DNA of 64,000 nucleotides from Eledone cirrhosa (taxonomy: Eukaryota). The position numbers were made by a program, and so were the translations under genes. This document shows, piece after piece, positions 12,180 through 32,605 of the stretch. The stretch covers positions 229,896,001-229,960,000 of the forward strand of contig OZ024741.1 of NCBI GenBank assembly GCA_964016885.1, in the 5' to 3' direction. How positions within the stretch are numbered: the first letter of the stretch is position 1; the number at the start of each line of letters is the position of its first letter. Under the pieces are notes generated by a model, which did no database searches, was not told the DNA's origin, and was given only the letters and a program-made list of their open reading frames with translations.

Positions 12180-12927
12180 TATTCTTTAGGAAAAGTTGAA
12201 TAAAGTTGCAATAGATATTTGTCTGTAAATTTTTGCTAGAGATATGTTCATCACTCTCAAGTTCAATTATTTACACTTTATAAAGGTACAAATTGGCTTC
12301 CCTAGCTTTGAATCTGGAGCTCAATTCTTTTTTCAAGTTCTTCAACTTATTAGCATAAATAACATATTCAGACTCATTGTGGTGATTGGCTTATTTTGGA
12401 AAAGAGTATGTATCATAGGTTCTGAGTTGATTTTCACAAATTTCATGTTTCATTTCAAAAGATTTTACATGAGAATACATCTCATGAATTATTTGATTTT
12501 CCTTTTACAATTTTAAATTAAGATTATTTAATTATTAATGTCCTGTACTGCATGAAGCTGCATTATCAAGACATGTTTACAAAACCAAAGTGCACTGTGA
12601 CTACATCATACTAAAAATTAAATTCTTTACTTTAATTTTACTGCAAATTTTCACAACTCTCAATCTAGTAAAAATACTATAAGCATTTTGATTAACAAAC
12701 CCTCTTATTAAATATTTTCTGCTGAATCATTATAGGATGTTAAGAGTTAAATGGTTTGTAATATCTACAGGAAATATAAGATTCCAAATCCAAATATTCT
12801 TATTCAGCTTAGGGACAAATGTGCCTTTCATTTTCAAGAAGCTGTATACCTCTCCGAGGCTTAACCAGCAAACTACACAATTGTATAACAACTCACCATA
12901 ATCAGATTCAAGTTCTCCCCACTCCAA
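12180..12927 (-). pseudogene. hAT (Charlie/SPIN-type) transposase remnant, split by a MITE
   Basis: ELESDYGELLYNCVVCWLSLGEV...VDITNHL, then after the insertion a frameshifted segment resembling NLNLKLxGKNQIIHEMYSHVKSFEMK. These correspond to the hAT motifs YGDLLY..EVRWLS.G and DIT.HLN.LNLKLQG. Confidence 0.75.
12532..12746. mobile_element. TTAA-targeting (piggyBac-like) MITE nested in the hAT remnant
   Basis: Flanked by TTAA on both sides; the right end tataggatgttaagag matches the family at 13079-13307. Confidence 0.65.
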
Positions 12928-12932
12928 AAAAA

Positions 12933-12963
<31 letters not shown>

Positions 12964-13078
12964 TAAATTAAACTGCTAAGAGTATTATGAAATTGTTACT
13001 TGGCACATAAATTCTCTCGGTGCAATGAAATGTTGCAAAGTTGTCTGTTAAATTTAGAGAAACTAGTGTTGATTTTAA

Positions 13079-13307
13079 CTCTTAACTTCCTGTACTACTT
13101 GAAACTGCATAAGCAAGATATTATTGAAAAATGACTGCATCATCATCATTTTATGTCCGTTTTTACATGCTTGCATTAGAAATTAAAGATTTTACTCTAA
13201 TACAGCAAATTTTTACAGTGATTTGTCCACTTGTAAATATAATATATACATTTGAATAATTAAATCTACAATATATTTTCTGCTACATCATTACAGGATG
13301 TTAAGAG
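13079..13307. mobile_element. TTAA-targeting (piggyBac-like) MITE
   Basis: ttaa|ctcttaacttcctgta ... tacaggatgttaagag|ttaa: 16-bp TIRs with TTAA TSD. A partial copy lies at ~18580-18724. Confidence 0.75.
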
Positions 13308-13344
13308 TTAATTCAGCAAGAAAGCTTATCTTATTTAGTTAGTT

Positions 13345-13566
13345 AAAGTCTTATCAGGCCATTACTTATCTCTGGTTTCCTTGACATTAAACGATGCTAG
13401 TCTATCGCAGGTTTAACTCCCCAGCTACTGCTGGCATTCACTTATCTCAGCAGAGTGCACTGGTGCTGCGTGAAATAAAGTGTTTTGCTCAGGAACACAA
13501 AGCAGGAATCGAACCAACAATATTACAATCATATGTCAAGCACCCTAACCATTAGACCATGAGCCT
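13345..13566 (-). mobile_element. tRNA-derived SINE
   Basis: Same family as 1-125 (gtgaaataaagtgttttgctcaggaacacaa...ggaatcgaac...ccctaaccattagaccat). Confidence 0.7.
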
Positions 13567-14051
13567 ATCTTAGGGTCAACCATTATTGAAAGGTATATAA
13601 TGATAAAATATAATAATGAAAATTATCGTGTACGGAGAGAGAGGGAGCTCATAGATCGGACAACAAACTGTTTTTCGTGGGGGTAAGTTTTTATTAATTT
13701 TCGTATTCTGAAAGATCAAAATACAACAAAATTTTTGCTCATTGGACTCTGGGGAAATGTTCTGACAAAAGCTGTGGAAGCTACAGAAATATTCCATATA
13801 TTCTTCCAGAGCAATCTCTATTTAAATTTTTACATTTTACGTTTACTTGTTCCCCATTGCAAAATGGCCATAAATTCAAATTTTGAAAAGAGAGGAAAGG
13901 GGACAAGGGAACTATGAATTTGATACATCTCACTGCCCTCCACCACCACAATAACGTCTACATATATATATATATATCTCAGTTGATGCGACCAGATTTC
14001 AACACAGCAACAACTACAACAACAACAGCAACTACAAAACATATATATATA

Positions 14052-14942
14052 CGAGGTGGGTCAGAAAAGTTCCAGGACTGATGTCACAAAATATTTATTT
14101 CAAACCCAAACTTCACACTAATAGTTTTCTCCTTCAAAGTAATTCCCCTGGAGTCTAATGCACTTTTCTATCCTTTTCTGCTACGCTTGCATGCACTCCT
14201 GGAAGGATTATTCCGGGATCCTCCGCAGTTCCGTCGTCACGGCCTTTTTGATGTCGTCCACGTCTTCAAAACGGGTCCCCTCCGGGTCGTACTCAAAGAT
14301 CCATGACTCATCACCAGTGATGACTGTCCCTAGCAAGTCTGGTTCGGTTTCAAGACGCTCGAGGAAGTCTGGCCCACTTGCATGCGTCGACCCTTCTGGT
14401 CATCGTTCAGCAGTTTTGGCACCATCTTCGCGCAGACTTTCCGCATGTCCAAATCTTCAGTGAGAATCTTCCAGACGCTGTCCCGATTCATGCCCAGCTC
14501 ATTTGCCATCAGTCGAACAGTCAGCCGACGTTCGCTACGCACCATCTGCTTGACGCGCTCAACGTTGACCTCAGTCCTGGTTGTTGAGGGCCTTCCGCTC
14601 CTGGGGTCACCTTCCACGTCCTAGCGTCCTTCTTTAAACCTCTTGCACTACTCAAAAACACGTGAGCGTGACATCGTCTCATCTCCATTTACTTGCTGCA
14701 GCAATCCCAGTGCTTCTGACGGAGTTTTCAAGTTTGTTCGTTGCTCTGTGTTCATTGCTTGACGACCTGAAGCAGAGGACATGTATATAAAATTATGAAG
14801 AAAAAAGTTTGATCGCTGCAGAGAGCTAAGATTACAGTTACATACTCCAGGGGGATTACTTTGAAGGAGAAAACTCTTAGTGTGAAGTTTGGGTTTGAAA
14901 TAAATCTTTTGTAACATCAGTCCTGGAACTTTTCTGACCCAC

Positions 14943-14946
<4 letters not shown>
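14052..14946 (-). mobile_element. Tc1/mariner element, internally deleted, with ~100-bp TIRs
   Basis: TIRs start gaggtgggtcagaaaagttccaggactgatgt and the element sits in (TA)n. Transposase remnants: MSRSRVFE, DPRSGRPST, RKVCAKMVPKLL, ITGDESWIFEYDP, then a deletion to GTRFEDVDDIK...QGNYFEGEN. Confidence 0.93.
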
Positions 14947-14990
<44 letters not shown>

Positions 14991-15499
14991 AGTCGATGCG
15001 ACCAGATTTCAACACAGCAACAACAGCAACTACAACAACAACAGCAACAACACCATTGTCTGCATCAGTGAAATGAACAACAACAACGGCAGCAGCAGCA
15101 TCAACAACAACAACTACAACAAAAACAACTGCCACCACCATCACCAGCGATCAGGCCTTAAGAAGAAGAAAACAACTATAATAATAGTAATAACTATTCT
15201 GTTCTTAGCACGGGGAAGCGATTGTCCCAGCGCTTTGCTGGTGCCTTGTTTTGGGGCCCGGAGAATAGAGGGCCGTTGCTCTATGCTGTAAAGCAAACAA
15301 TTATTATTATTATATAAAAACTGAACTGTAAAAGTCAACAGTTGACATGATCTTGTATCAGTACTGACGGTAATATATGCGTGTGTGAGTGGCGCGTGTG
15401 TGTTTGTATGCATGAGTATTGATGTGTGAGTGGCGTGTGTGTTTGTATGCATGAGTGTTGGTGTCTGAGTGAGTGTGTATGTGTGTCGTAAGTGGTGGG

Positions 15500-18400
15500 T
15501 TTTTTTTGTCATGACCATGCTGTAAAATGGAGGGGTAGAGAGGGCCCATGAGTCCAGTAAGACATCCTCTTTAGTGCTGGTGGCACGAATAAAAGCACCC
15601 AGTACATGCTGTAACGTGGCACTGGTGTTAGGAATGGCATCCAACCAGTGTATCAATGCCAAAACAATTATAAGCACAGCAACAAATATATAGGAACAAC
15701 AAAAATATGAAGACGTCGCATCTCAGAGTTGCAACACTTAATGTTGGCACTCTCACAGGTAGATCTAGTGAAATAGTGGAGATGCTGGAGAGAAGGCATG
15801 TGGATGTGTGCTGCGTGCAAGAGGTGAGATGGAGAGGTGCCTCTGCGAGACTAGTCGCAGGCAAACATCTTAGCTAGAAGCTTTTCTGGGTAGGTAAGGA
15901 TGATGGGGAAGGCATTTTCCTGGCTGAGAGATGGTTCAATAAGACAATAGAGGTAGTTCGAGTTAATAATCGAATAATTAAGCTTGGATTAGTTGTAGGT
16001 AGGAGACTACTGACAATCATCTCTGCCTATGCTCCCGAAGCAGGCCTAGGCAAAGAAGAGAAAGACTGCTTCTACGAGCAGCTTTTACAAACCACCGCAA
16101 TGACAGAGGACAGAGACATTGTAATGCTAGCAGAGGACTTCAATGGTCATGTTGGACAGCTCCAGGATAGTTACACTGGGGTATATGGTGGGCACGGTTA
16201 CGGCTCAAGAAATGAAGTAGGAGTGAGACTTCTTGAATTTTATGATGCAAGTACACTGACTATTTGCAACACTAACTTCCAGAAACCTGCCAACCACCCA
16301 ATAACCTACAAATCAGGCGAGCACATAAGCCAGATTGACTTCTTACTAGTTAGGCAGTGGGACAGGCAGATGGTGTCAAATACCAAGGCATACCCTGGAG
16401 AAGAATGTACCCCACAGCATAGGTTAGTCGTTAGTGATATCTCAGTAAGCAAGAGATGGAATGAGCCATACAGGAAGGTGTGGAGAAGAAAGGTCTGGAA
16501 GCTAAAAGACCTTTCACTAAAATACAAATTTAGGAAAGCCTTTCAAGATGAGTATGACGAAAAAGAAGACGATTTAGAGACGTATGACATAGATAATAAC
16601 TGGAATTTCTTACGTGACAACTTACTGCAGGCTACTGATGAAACTTGTGGCCGGAGCAGAGCTCCAACCAGACAGAGAGTAACCTGGTGGTGGAACAGCA
16701 CAGTAGATAAAGCCATTAGAGACAAAAGACTAGCATGGAAGGCTTGGAAAAAGGGTGGGAGTAGAGAAGGATATACAGCCACTAAGAGAGAAGCTAGACG
16801 TCAGGTGTACTTAGCACGCAGGGAGGCTGAGAGTAGGAGGTTTGCCAATGTTCTGCGACGGGAAGATCAGAGGCGTGCGGTGGTCCACATTTCAAGGCAG
16901 TGTGTCAATGCAAATCAGGATGTTGTTGGAGATAAATGTGTCCGGAAAGATGCTGGTGTACTTAATGTCACGAATGATCAGAAAAAGGAAGCCTGGAAAT
17001 GTCATTATGAGAGACTGATGAATGTGGAGAACGAATGGTAAATTGCTACAAATGAATGGTACGAACGAATGGTAAATTGCTACAAAGGTAAAGGGGATGC
17101 TCTGGAGAGGAGCAATTATAGGGGTATAAAACAGAAAGGATATTAGCACAACTAATTAGAGAAATGATCAAACTAGATGAGATGCAGTTTGGTTTTGTGC
17201 ATGGGAAAAGTACAACAGATACCCTCTTCTTGGTGAGACAATTACAAGAGAAGTTCTTAGAGAAGAATAAGCCACTATACTTAGCCTTTGTTGACCTAGA
17301 GAAGGCCTTTGATAGGGTACCCCGATCTGTCATCTGGTGGTCCCTAAGGAAACTAGGTGTTGAGGAATGGCTTGTGAGGACAGCAAAAACTTTGTACAGA
17401 GGTGCTGTCAGTAAAGTCAGAGTAGGAATGGAGTTTAGTGAGGAATTCCAGATACAAGTAGGAGAAAATCAAGGTTCGGTCCTCAGCCCGTTCTTGTTCC
17501 TTATAGTCCTCCAAGCCATAACAGAGGAGTTTAAGACTGGCTGTCCATGGGAACTTCTCTATGCTGACGATCTGGTTCTTATAGCAGAATCAGTAGAGGA
17601 ACTAGAGAATAAATTCTGGCTATGGAAACAGCAGTTGGAAGCAAGAGGACTGAGAGTGAACCTAGCTAAGACAAAAGTGTTGATGAGTAGAAAAGAGGAC
17701 AAAACTCTGATTCCGTCAGAGAAATGGCCATGTTCGATATGCAGAAAAGGAACTGGCATACATTCTATAAAATGCACACAAATGAGATCCTGGGTACATA
17801 AGAGATGTAGTGGGATAGCAGGCAAACTAACAGGTAGGGATAAATACGTATATAGTAGATGTACAGGGAAATTAGACAGTAGAAGTTGCATTGATAGACA
17901 CATTTTTCAAATGCAGGCGGGTGCTATAGAAGTGGTGGATAGCTTCCGGTACCTAGGAGATCAGATTAGCATGGGAGGGGGGGGGGGGGGGGTGTTCCGA
18001 GGCCATAGTATCTAAAATAAAGACGGGTTGGAAGAAGTTTAGGGAGCTGCTTCCTCTGTTGACGAAGGAGGGTTTCTCCCTGCGTACGAAAGGCCGGTTA
18101 TATGATGCTTGTGTGAGGAGCGCGATGCTGCATGGTAGTGAGACATAGGCAGCAACTGCGAGGATATGTGACGGCTGGAGAGAAATGAGGCAAGCATGCT
18201 CCGTTGGATGTGCAATGTCAATGTGCGTGAATGACACAGCATGGATGTGTTGAGAGGGATAGAATGTAGTGTACGAAAGAGGAGATTGCGGTGGTATGGA
18301 CATGTGATGCGCATGGAGGATGACCGATGGGTGAAGAAGTGCCAGGAAATGCCAGTTGAAGGAAGACGTGGTAGAGGTAGACCACGAAAAACATGGGCGG

Positions 18401-18560
18401 AGGTGGTGAGAACAGACCTCGGATTGTTGAAGTTCACGGTGGAGATGACGAAGAACCGTGACAAGTGGAGAGATGCTGTGCTCAATAAGACCCGTCCTAC
18501 CCTTACAAGCAGGGAAAAGCGGATGTAAAATGATGTTGATGATGATGATGATGATGATGT
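15500..18560 (+). mobile_element. RTE-clade LINE, near full length, decayed
   Basis: 5'UTR (ggtggcacg...aagcaccc...gttaggaatggcatcc), APE endonuclease from ~15715 (LRVATLNVGTL, CVQEVRWRG, SAYAP, DFNGHVG), RT (QFGFV, FVDLEKAFDRV, QGSVLSP, YADD, YLG), C-terminus (RLRWYGHVMR, GRRGRGRPRKTW) and a (GAT)n tail at 18530-18558. A deletion/short duplication lies at ~17030-17160. Confidence 0.95.
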
Positions 18561-19011
18561 GCTCAGGTGCACTACAACTGATACTCTGACTGCATTGCAT
18601 TGTAAATTAAAATCCTTATTCTAATTCTTTTCACAACAATTTTCCATCTGTGAGTAAAGATACTATAAGCATTTTAATTAATAAATCTGTTTTTGCTAAA
18701 TCATTACAGAATGATAAGAGTTAATGTCGCTTCTAATCTCTTTCTTTCATATTTTACTAATATATCATTTGGACTTTACACATACAGATAAATCAGGTAC
18801 TCTTCCGTTTCACTTTATTGCTGATTTCTGCCAATTTATTTCACTTTTTTTTCTTTCATTTTCAGTGTACTTAAAACGAAAGATTAGCTTTGTCCATTTA
18901 TCATGAAATATTCTTATTTCTTGTAAAAGGTTACTTTAAAAAAAAATTAAACTACTTTAATCATTCCTTGAAAATCACACTGCTGATAATTTATTTTCCC
19001 AACACGTTTAA

Positions 19012-19230
19012 CAACAATGATTTCTAATTTAAGGCACAAGGCCAGCAATTTTTTGTGTAAGAGGAAAGTCGATTAAATGGACCCTTAGTACTTGACAGTT
19101 ATTTATTTTTATTGATCCCGGAAGGATGAAAGGCAAAGTTGACCTTGGTAGGAATTGAACTCAGAAGGTAAAGAACCAGAACAAATACCGCAATCGTATT
19201 TTACCCTCCGTTCTTCCAATTCTGCCAATC
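19012..19230 (-). mobile_element. tRNA-derived SINE
   Basis: ggcacaaggccagcaatt...ggatgaaaggcaaagttgacc...ggaattgaactcagaa; same family as 3846-4137. Confidence 0.7.
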
Positions 19231-20129
19231 TAAACTATAATAAAGTAAGAAGCGCGGGACTGCGTACGGTTTATAATTTTTTATCCCCTTAGTAAAATAA
19301 GTTGGATTACTTTGAATAAATAATGAATGAATATTACATAATTTATCTACTAAATTTCGTGGCTGATCATTAAATATATTTTATTACTTATTTAAAGATT
19401 CACTGATTTAAAATTTTCAAATGTCAACACTTCCGGTTAGCGATTGTTTAAATAAATATTCATATATTTCTGACACTAATTTTCTCCTAATGTAGTTTGT
19501 ATATAATATCGTCTTTTTTAATGTATCATGGATTACGTTACTGATTACATAAGGCAGTGAAACATAGTCTTCGTTCAATTTCTACGTATGTTGTCAATTA
19601 CGATATTATTTGATCATATCTACATGCATATATACTTGCGTATAATATCAATATACACACCCCGAGGGTGGTTTTTCTGCTAGTGATTTATAATAATAGA
19701 TAAATAAATAAATAAACGGGAAATAATTCTAGCATTTAATAGTTATCTCCCTTCGATAGCAGCCAGCCCAAACTGCAATTGAAAGAATGCGTGAAAGAAT
19801 GAAACGAATAAATAAATAAATAAAAAGCTATTATGCATGCATAATCATGTATTACGTGTGCCATACTGAAGGTCAAAGGAGTTACATGACCTGCAAGCTG
19901 TGAGTTAAATGATATTGTCCAATGTGTCCTCTAATTAAGAGGATAGTGTACGATATGAGGGAGATTCGGTTGATATATCTAGCAGATCGCGTTGGTCTCC
20001 TTTGAGGTAGTTAAGGTCTATTATTTATCTCCTGTTTTCTTGAGATAAACTGGCAAGAGGTTAAATATTGCACATGATAAAAAGTCAATGTCAGGTAACT
20101 AACTAAGAGCTGCTATCTTCTCCCATCAG

Positions 20130-20520
20130 TTAAAAGAACTGACAGTGTCAGCATACTGTCTAAACAGGCAACTTCGATGTGAGCACTCAATACGTTAGAC
20201 ATAACAACTAAAATTCTTTCATATCACTCTCTACGGTCTTAAATAAGAAGTCAGTGTCGAGTTATTAACGTTTCCAGAAGATCTGGTATCTTCTCCAATC
20301 ACGTTAGATACAGACATGTCACTGCCTGTGTGGGCGCTCAATATACTTGATGTAACAACCAAAACTCCCGCAAATCCCTCACCAATGTCTTAAATAAATA
20401 AAGGACATATTAGATAATGTAGTCCTAGATGTAATCCCCAAAAGACTGGATGGTCGAGGCTAGATTACATTTTATCATAGATCTGCTCCTTCAGAGCAGA
20501 CCCAAGGCTAAAAGAAAAAC
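20130..20520 (+). mobile_element. SINE-like repeat with an internal diverged duplication
   Basis: gcactcaatacgttagacataacaactaaaatt...gtcttaaataa (~20182-20246) recurs as gcgctcaatatacttgatgtaacaaccaaaact...gtcttaaataa (~20334-20397). Confidence 0.45.
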
Positions 20521-21099
20521 TACAGCCGTCACTTACAGTCGATTATGAATTTATAATATGTAACGTGCTTTTGCTAAGGGTTTCAGGTAGCTCTGCAGTT
20601 GAGAGCAGACACTGTCTCGACCTTTCTTCATTTTGATCCAATGGAATGTCCAAGATGTGACCTCGAAAAGCAAAGTGGATCTCCCTGGGATTTGAACTCA
20701 GAATACAGAGACTCGAACCAAATATCTAATACTCTAATACTCTGCCAAATCGATCGCCTTAAATTTTGAACTAATCAACAATAATATGTAATGAAAGACA
20801 TGCAGTGTGTTGGTAGTCAAACACTTTATCCACTTCATTATTTTGCTTGCTCCCACAATTGTTATAAAAGTAAGATGAGTTTTTGTGATAAGATATATTG
20901 CCTACGAAATATATAAAATAATTTATGACATCAGTTGATTATAATAAAAGTAAGATCATAAAGGCAAGATGGTTTATTGATTAACCCGTTAGTTATAGTG
21001 TGGTTGTGGTGTTAAGGAATTCGCTTCAGATCTAAGTAGATATCTCCTACTATAGCCCCAGATCAACTAATGTCTTTTCCCGTCCTCTAATATAAAAGG

Positions 21100-21985
21100 A
21101 TTTTATTCACTGTTGTATAAAAAGAGATATAATAATACAATGCTTACAGAACGAAAGCACAAATAAATATAACATAAAGAAAAGGGAAAGGGAAAGGGAA
21201 AATAGAAAGAAAAGAAAGAGAAAAGAAAAAAAAAACACATCTGGGATACATACAACAAAAGGCAGGCGAAAGGGGTGGAAAACCGAGCCGCTACCAGAAT
21301 AAAAGATAACAGTATCGCGAGGGGCACTGGGAAACCTCTCTAATGATTTTAGAGGCAAGCCAGCATGCTCGCAGCATTACCTCGGGTGATGAGCTAGAAC
21401 AACCAAGCGCACTCACGAGCTTCACCAGTTACCTCTGTTAGGCGAGCCGCCAGTGAAGATAGGAATCTAGCAACCAGTAGCCCGACTTCCTCGAACGCCA
21501 CAGGCTGGAAAATGTAGTTGACCGACAGATCACGGTATTTTAGGATTTTTTCCGTTCGGCTGCGGAAGCTGTGGCTCTCGCCCTAACCGCAGCGTCCAGA
21601 ATGTGGGAAGAAGCAAAAGAGTTATTAACAGTGACATCCCAGACAAGGCACCTGCCTCTCGATCAGGGGTACAGTGTAAGACCGTCAGGTCTTTTGCCGT
21701 CACTTCTGGACAACCCAGATGGTTCTAAGATTGAGCGGATGTTAGCCCGGGCCAAAGCTCTCTTGAGAATGAGGTTTAGCTCCGTATGACGCACGAAGCG
21801 ACCGGCATTCAGGCGGCAAGAAAGACTGTGGAGTCAAGGAGTTTGCCACATCGGCACCTCAAATCCGTACAGACGTCAGCTCCCACTCTAAGGGCAATGG
21901 AGACACGAAGTTCGTCCAAGCTGAGTAGGTACCAACGGTAGCCACAGGTAAGGCATCATCCCAGTCACCTGAGTATTTGGATCGA
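21100..21985 (-). mobile_element. RLE-type (CRE-like) non-LTR retrotransposon, 3' fragment
   Basis: Minus strand: [67 protein letters not shown]...KYRDL...FQPVAFE...ITRGNAASMLACL*, followed by a T-rich 3'UTR. Confidence 0.85.
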
Positions 21986-23524
21986 ATCCTGATTATCTTG
22001 GTTTATAATTCGAGAATTTGTTGGCGGCTTTGTGCCTACAGAAGATTGTTCGTTCGATTTTACTATTTAGTAGCGTCTATTATATTGCAGAATATGGAGT
22101 AATTCCATATTGTATAGTCCGCTTTGGGACATACCGTTCTTGTAGGCTTTGTCATTCGATAATTTCGACCAGCTTATTTCATATCCTTGATTACTATCCG
22201 CAAGCTACCAGATTTCATGGGCCAGCGTCGTTGTGTTACTGAGCCTACGGTTATTTATGGTGTGCCGATGCACATACCATTGTTTTTTGAAGTCCCTACC
22301 GTGGAACCTATGTAATACCACACCTGATCGCCAGACATAATACTGCAGAGGTATACAATATTGGATTCTAGGCATCTATTTTGTAGTCGGCATTTATCTG
22401 GTAGGTGGAAGTTGCAATTGGAGGCCTTCCTATGTGCTGGCTCTTCGTTATAGTTCGGTGTGTGTCTTGAGTTAGGCTAGAATGTTGGTCTGTTAGTTTT
22501 GTTGGACAGCCAGTTGCGATGCTGTTATGCGATTGCGATTTGTATTAGATGTTGTGATGTTTTTAGAGATTCTATGTTCGCTGCAGTGTGTAAGAAAGCT
22601 TAATAGATTTTCTATTGAAGATTCTATGGTATTTATGTGGTTTAGGGAAGTGCTTATCGATTAAATTGAAGAAGATAGATGGTAGGTTGGTCTTTATAGA
22701 ATAGTTGAAAATTGGATTAAACCACAAATACCTTTTATTTCTCGATTTTTTTTGAGTTTTCGGAGGTTCTCGTGCTCGTATTCTGTTCGGCTATTCTGTG
22801 CCCGTTGCTTATTTTTATGTCTAGTTCTATATCTGTTATTCCTATTAGGACGGGTGTCATAGTTGTCGCTAGGTGTGTGTTTGTTGCTGTCGTCTCTGTT
22901 ATGTATGTATTTGATCCCCTCTTTATGGCCTGCCTTGCGTAAAGCTGTTGAAGAAGTTGGCGTGTTCCTTAAATATTACTAGTGGATATTACGGTGGGAT
23001 ATTCTAAGGGATATACTATGCGTTATTGATTTAATTATGGAGCGTGGGTGGTTGGAGTTATAGCTAATATAGGCTAGATTTTCATCATGTTCGTGGAAAG
23101 GCTCAATTAGTCCCGTGTGTAAGCTAAGTCTTACATCTAGGAAGATTGCTTTTTAAAAATTCTGCTCGAAAGTAATATCGAGGCCTAGTCTTCTGAAGAA
23201 AACCCTAATGTATTTCTGTAACCTTTCCATGCTTTGTTTGTTCATGTTTTTAGCAAAAAGGAGCGCATCGTCTCTATAAATTCCTCCTTTGAGGTTAATG
23301 AATTCCTTATGTATGTTATGGGCTATATATATTCCTACTATCTCCGTGACTTGTGCTGATTCGCTAGACCCCATAGTAATGTCAAAGCTATTCTGTCTAT
23401 CCCTTCGTTCCCAGTAATGATTCAATTTCATCCATAGTTAGGTCCGAATTTTTCCGGGCAAAAGCTAGTACCTTATTTGGGATGACTGGAGATATGGATG
23501 AGTAATAATCGTTAATGTCGAAAT

Positions 23525-32136
<8,612 letters not shown>

Positions 32137-32605
32137 TTGAGAATGATGTGAAGTTCATCTGTAGTGATGTCTGAATATTTGTAAGCGAAACATAGAGCAT
32201 TGTTGAGAAGTGAGAGCGAAATAGAAGAATAGTAGCTGGCAATATCAAATTGAATAAATTTTTGTTTGTTTTTCTTATTCAATTTGTTGAACCAGCCAAT
32301 CACTTCAGAAGTACCAAACCATAAATTTAAGTTCGAAGTAGAGCAATTAGAACGAACCTGTGGGATAATTCTATCCAAGATGGCTTTGCTAACAACCCCC
32401 AGATCTGACTTAGAGGAGGCGATTAGTATAACAGGTAGTTCAGTACGAAAGTTGTTTTTGTGATCCTTGAGATTTATACTCGGAGTTCTTGGGAGGAATG
32501 GTTCGGTCTCTTTTCCGATGCAAAGTTTTGACATAATATCAGAAGCTTCAAAATTTATGGATTCTAAATTATCATGGTTGGCTTTGCGATATTTTTTCCT
32601 AAGTT
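32137..32605 (-). mobile_element. Inverted 5' segment of a second Penelope-like element (RT N-terminal part)
   Basis: NLKDHKNNFRT...SKSDLGVVSK.ILD...FIQFDIASYYSSIS...YKYSDITTDELHIIL. Confidence 0.88.
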
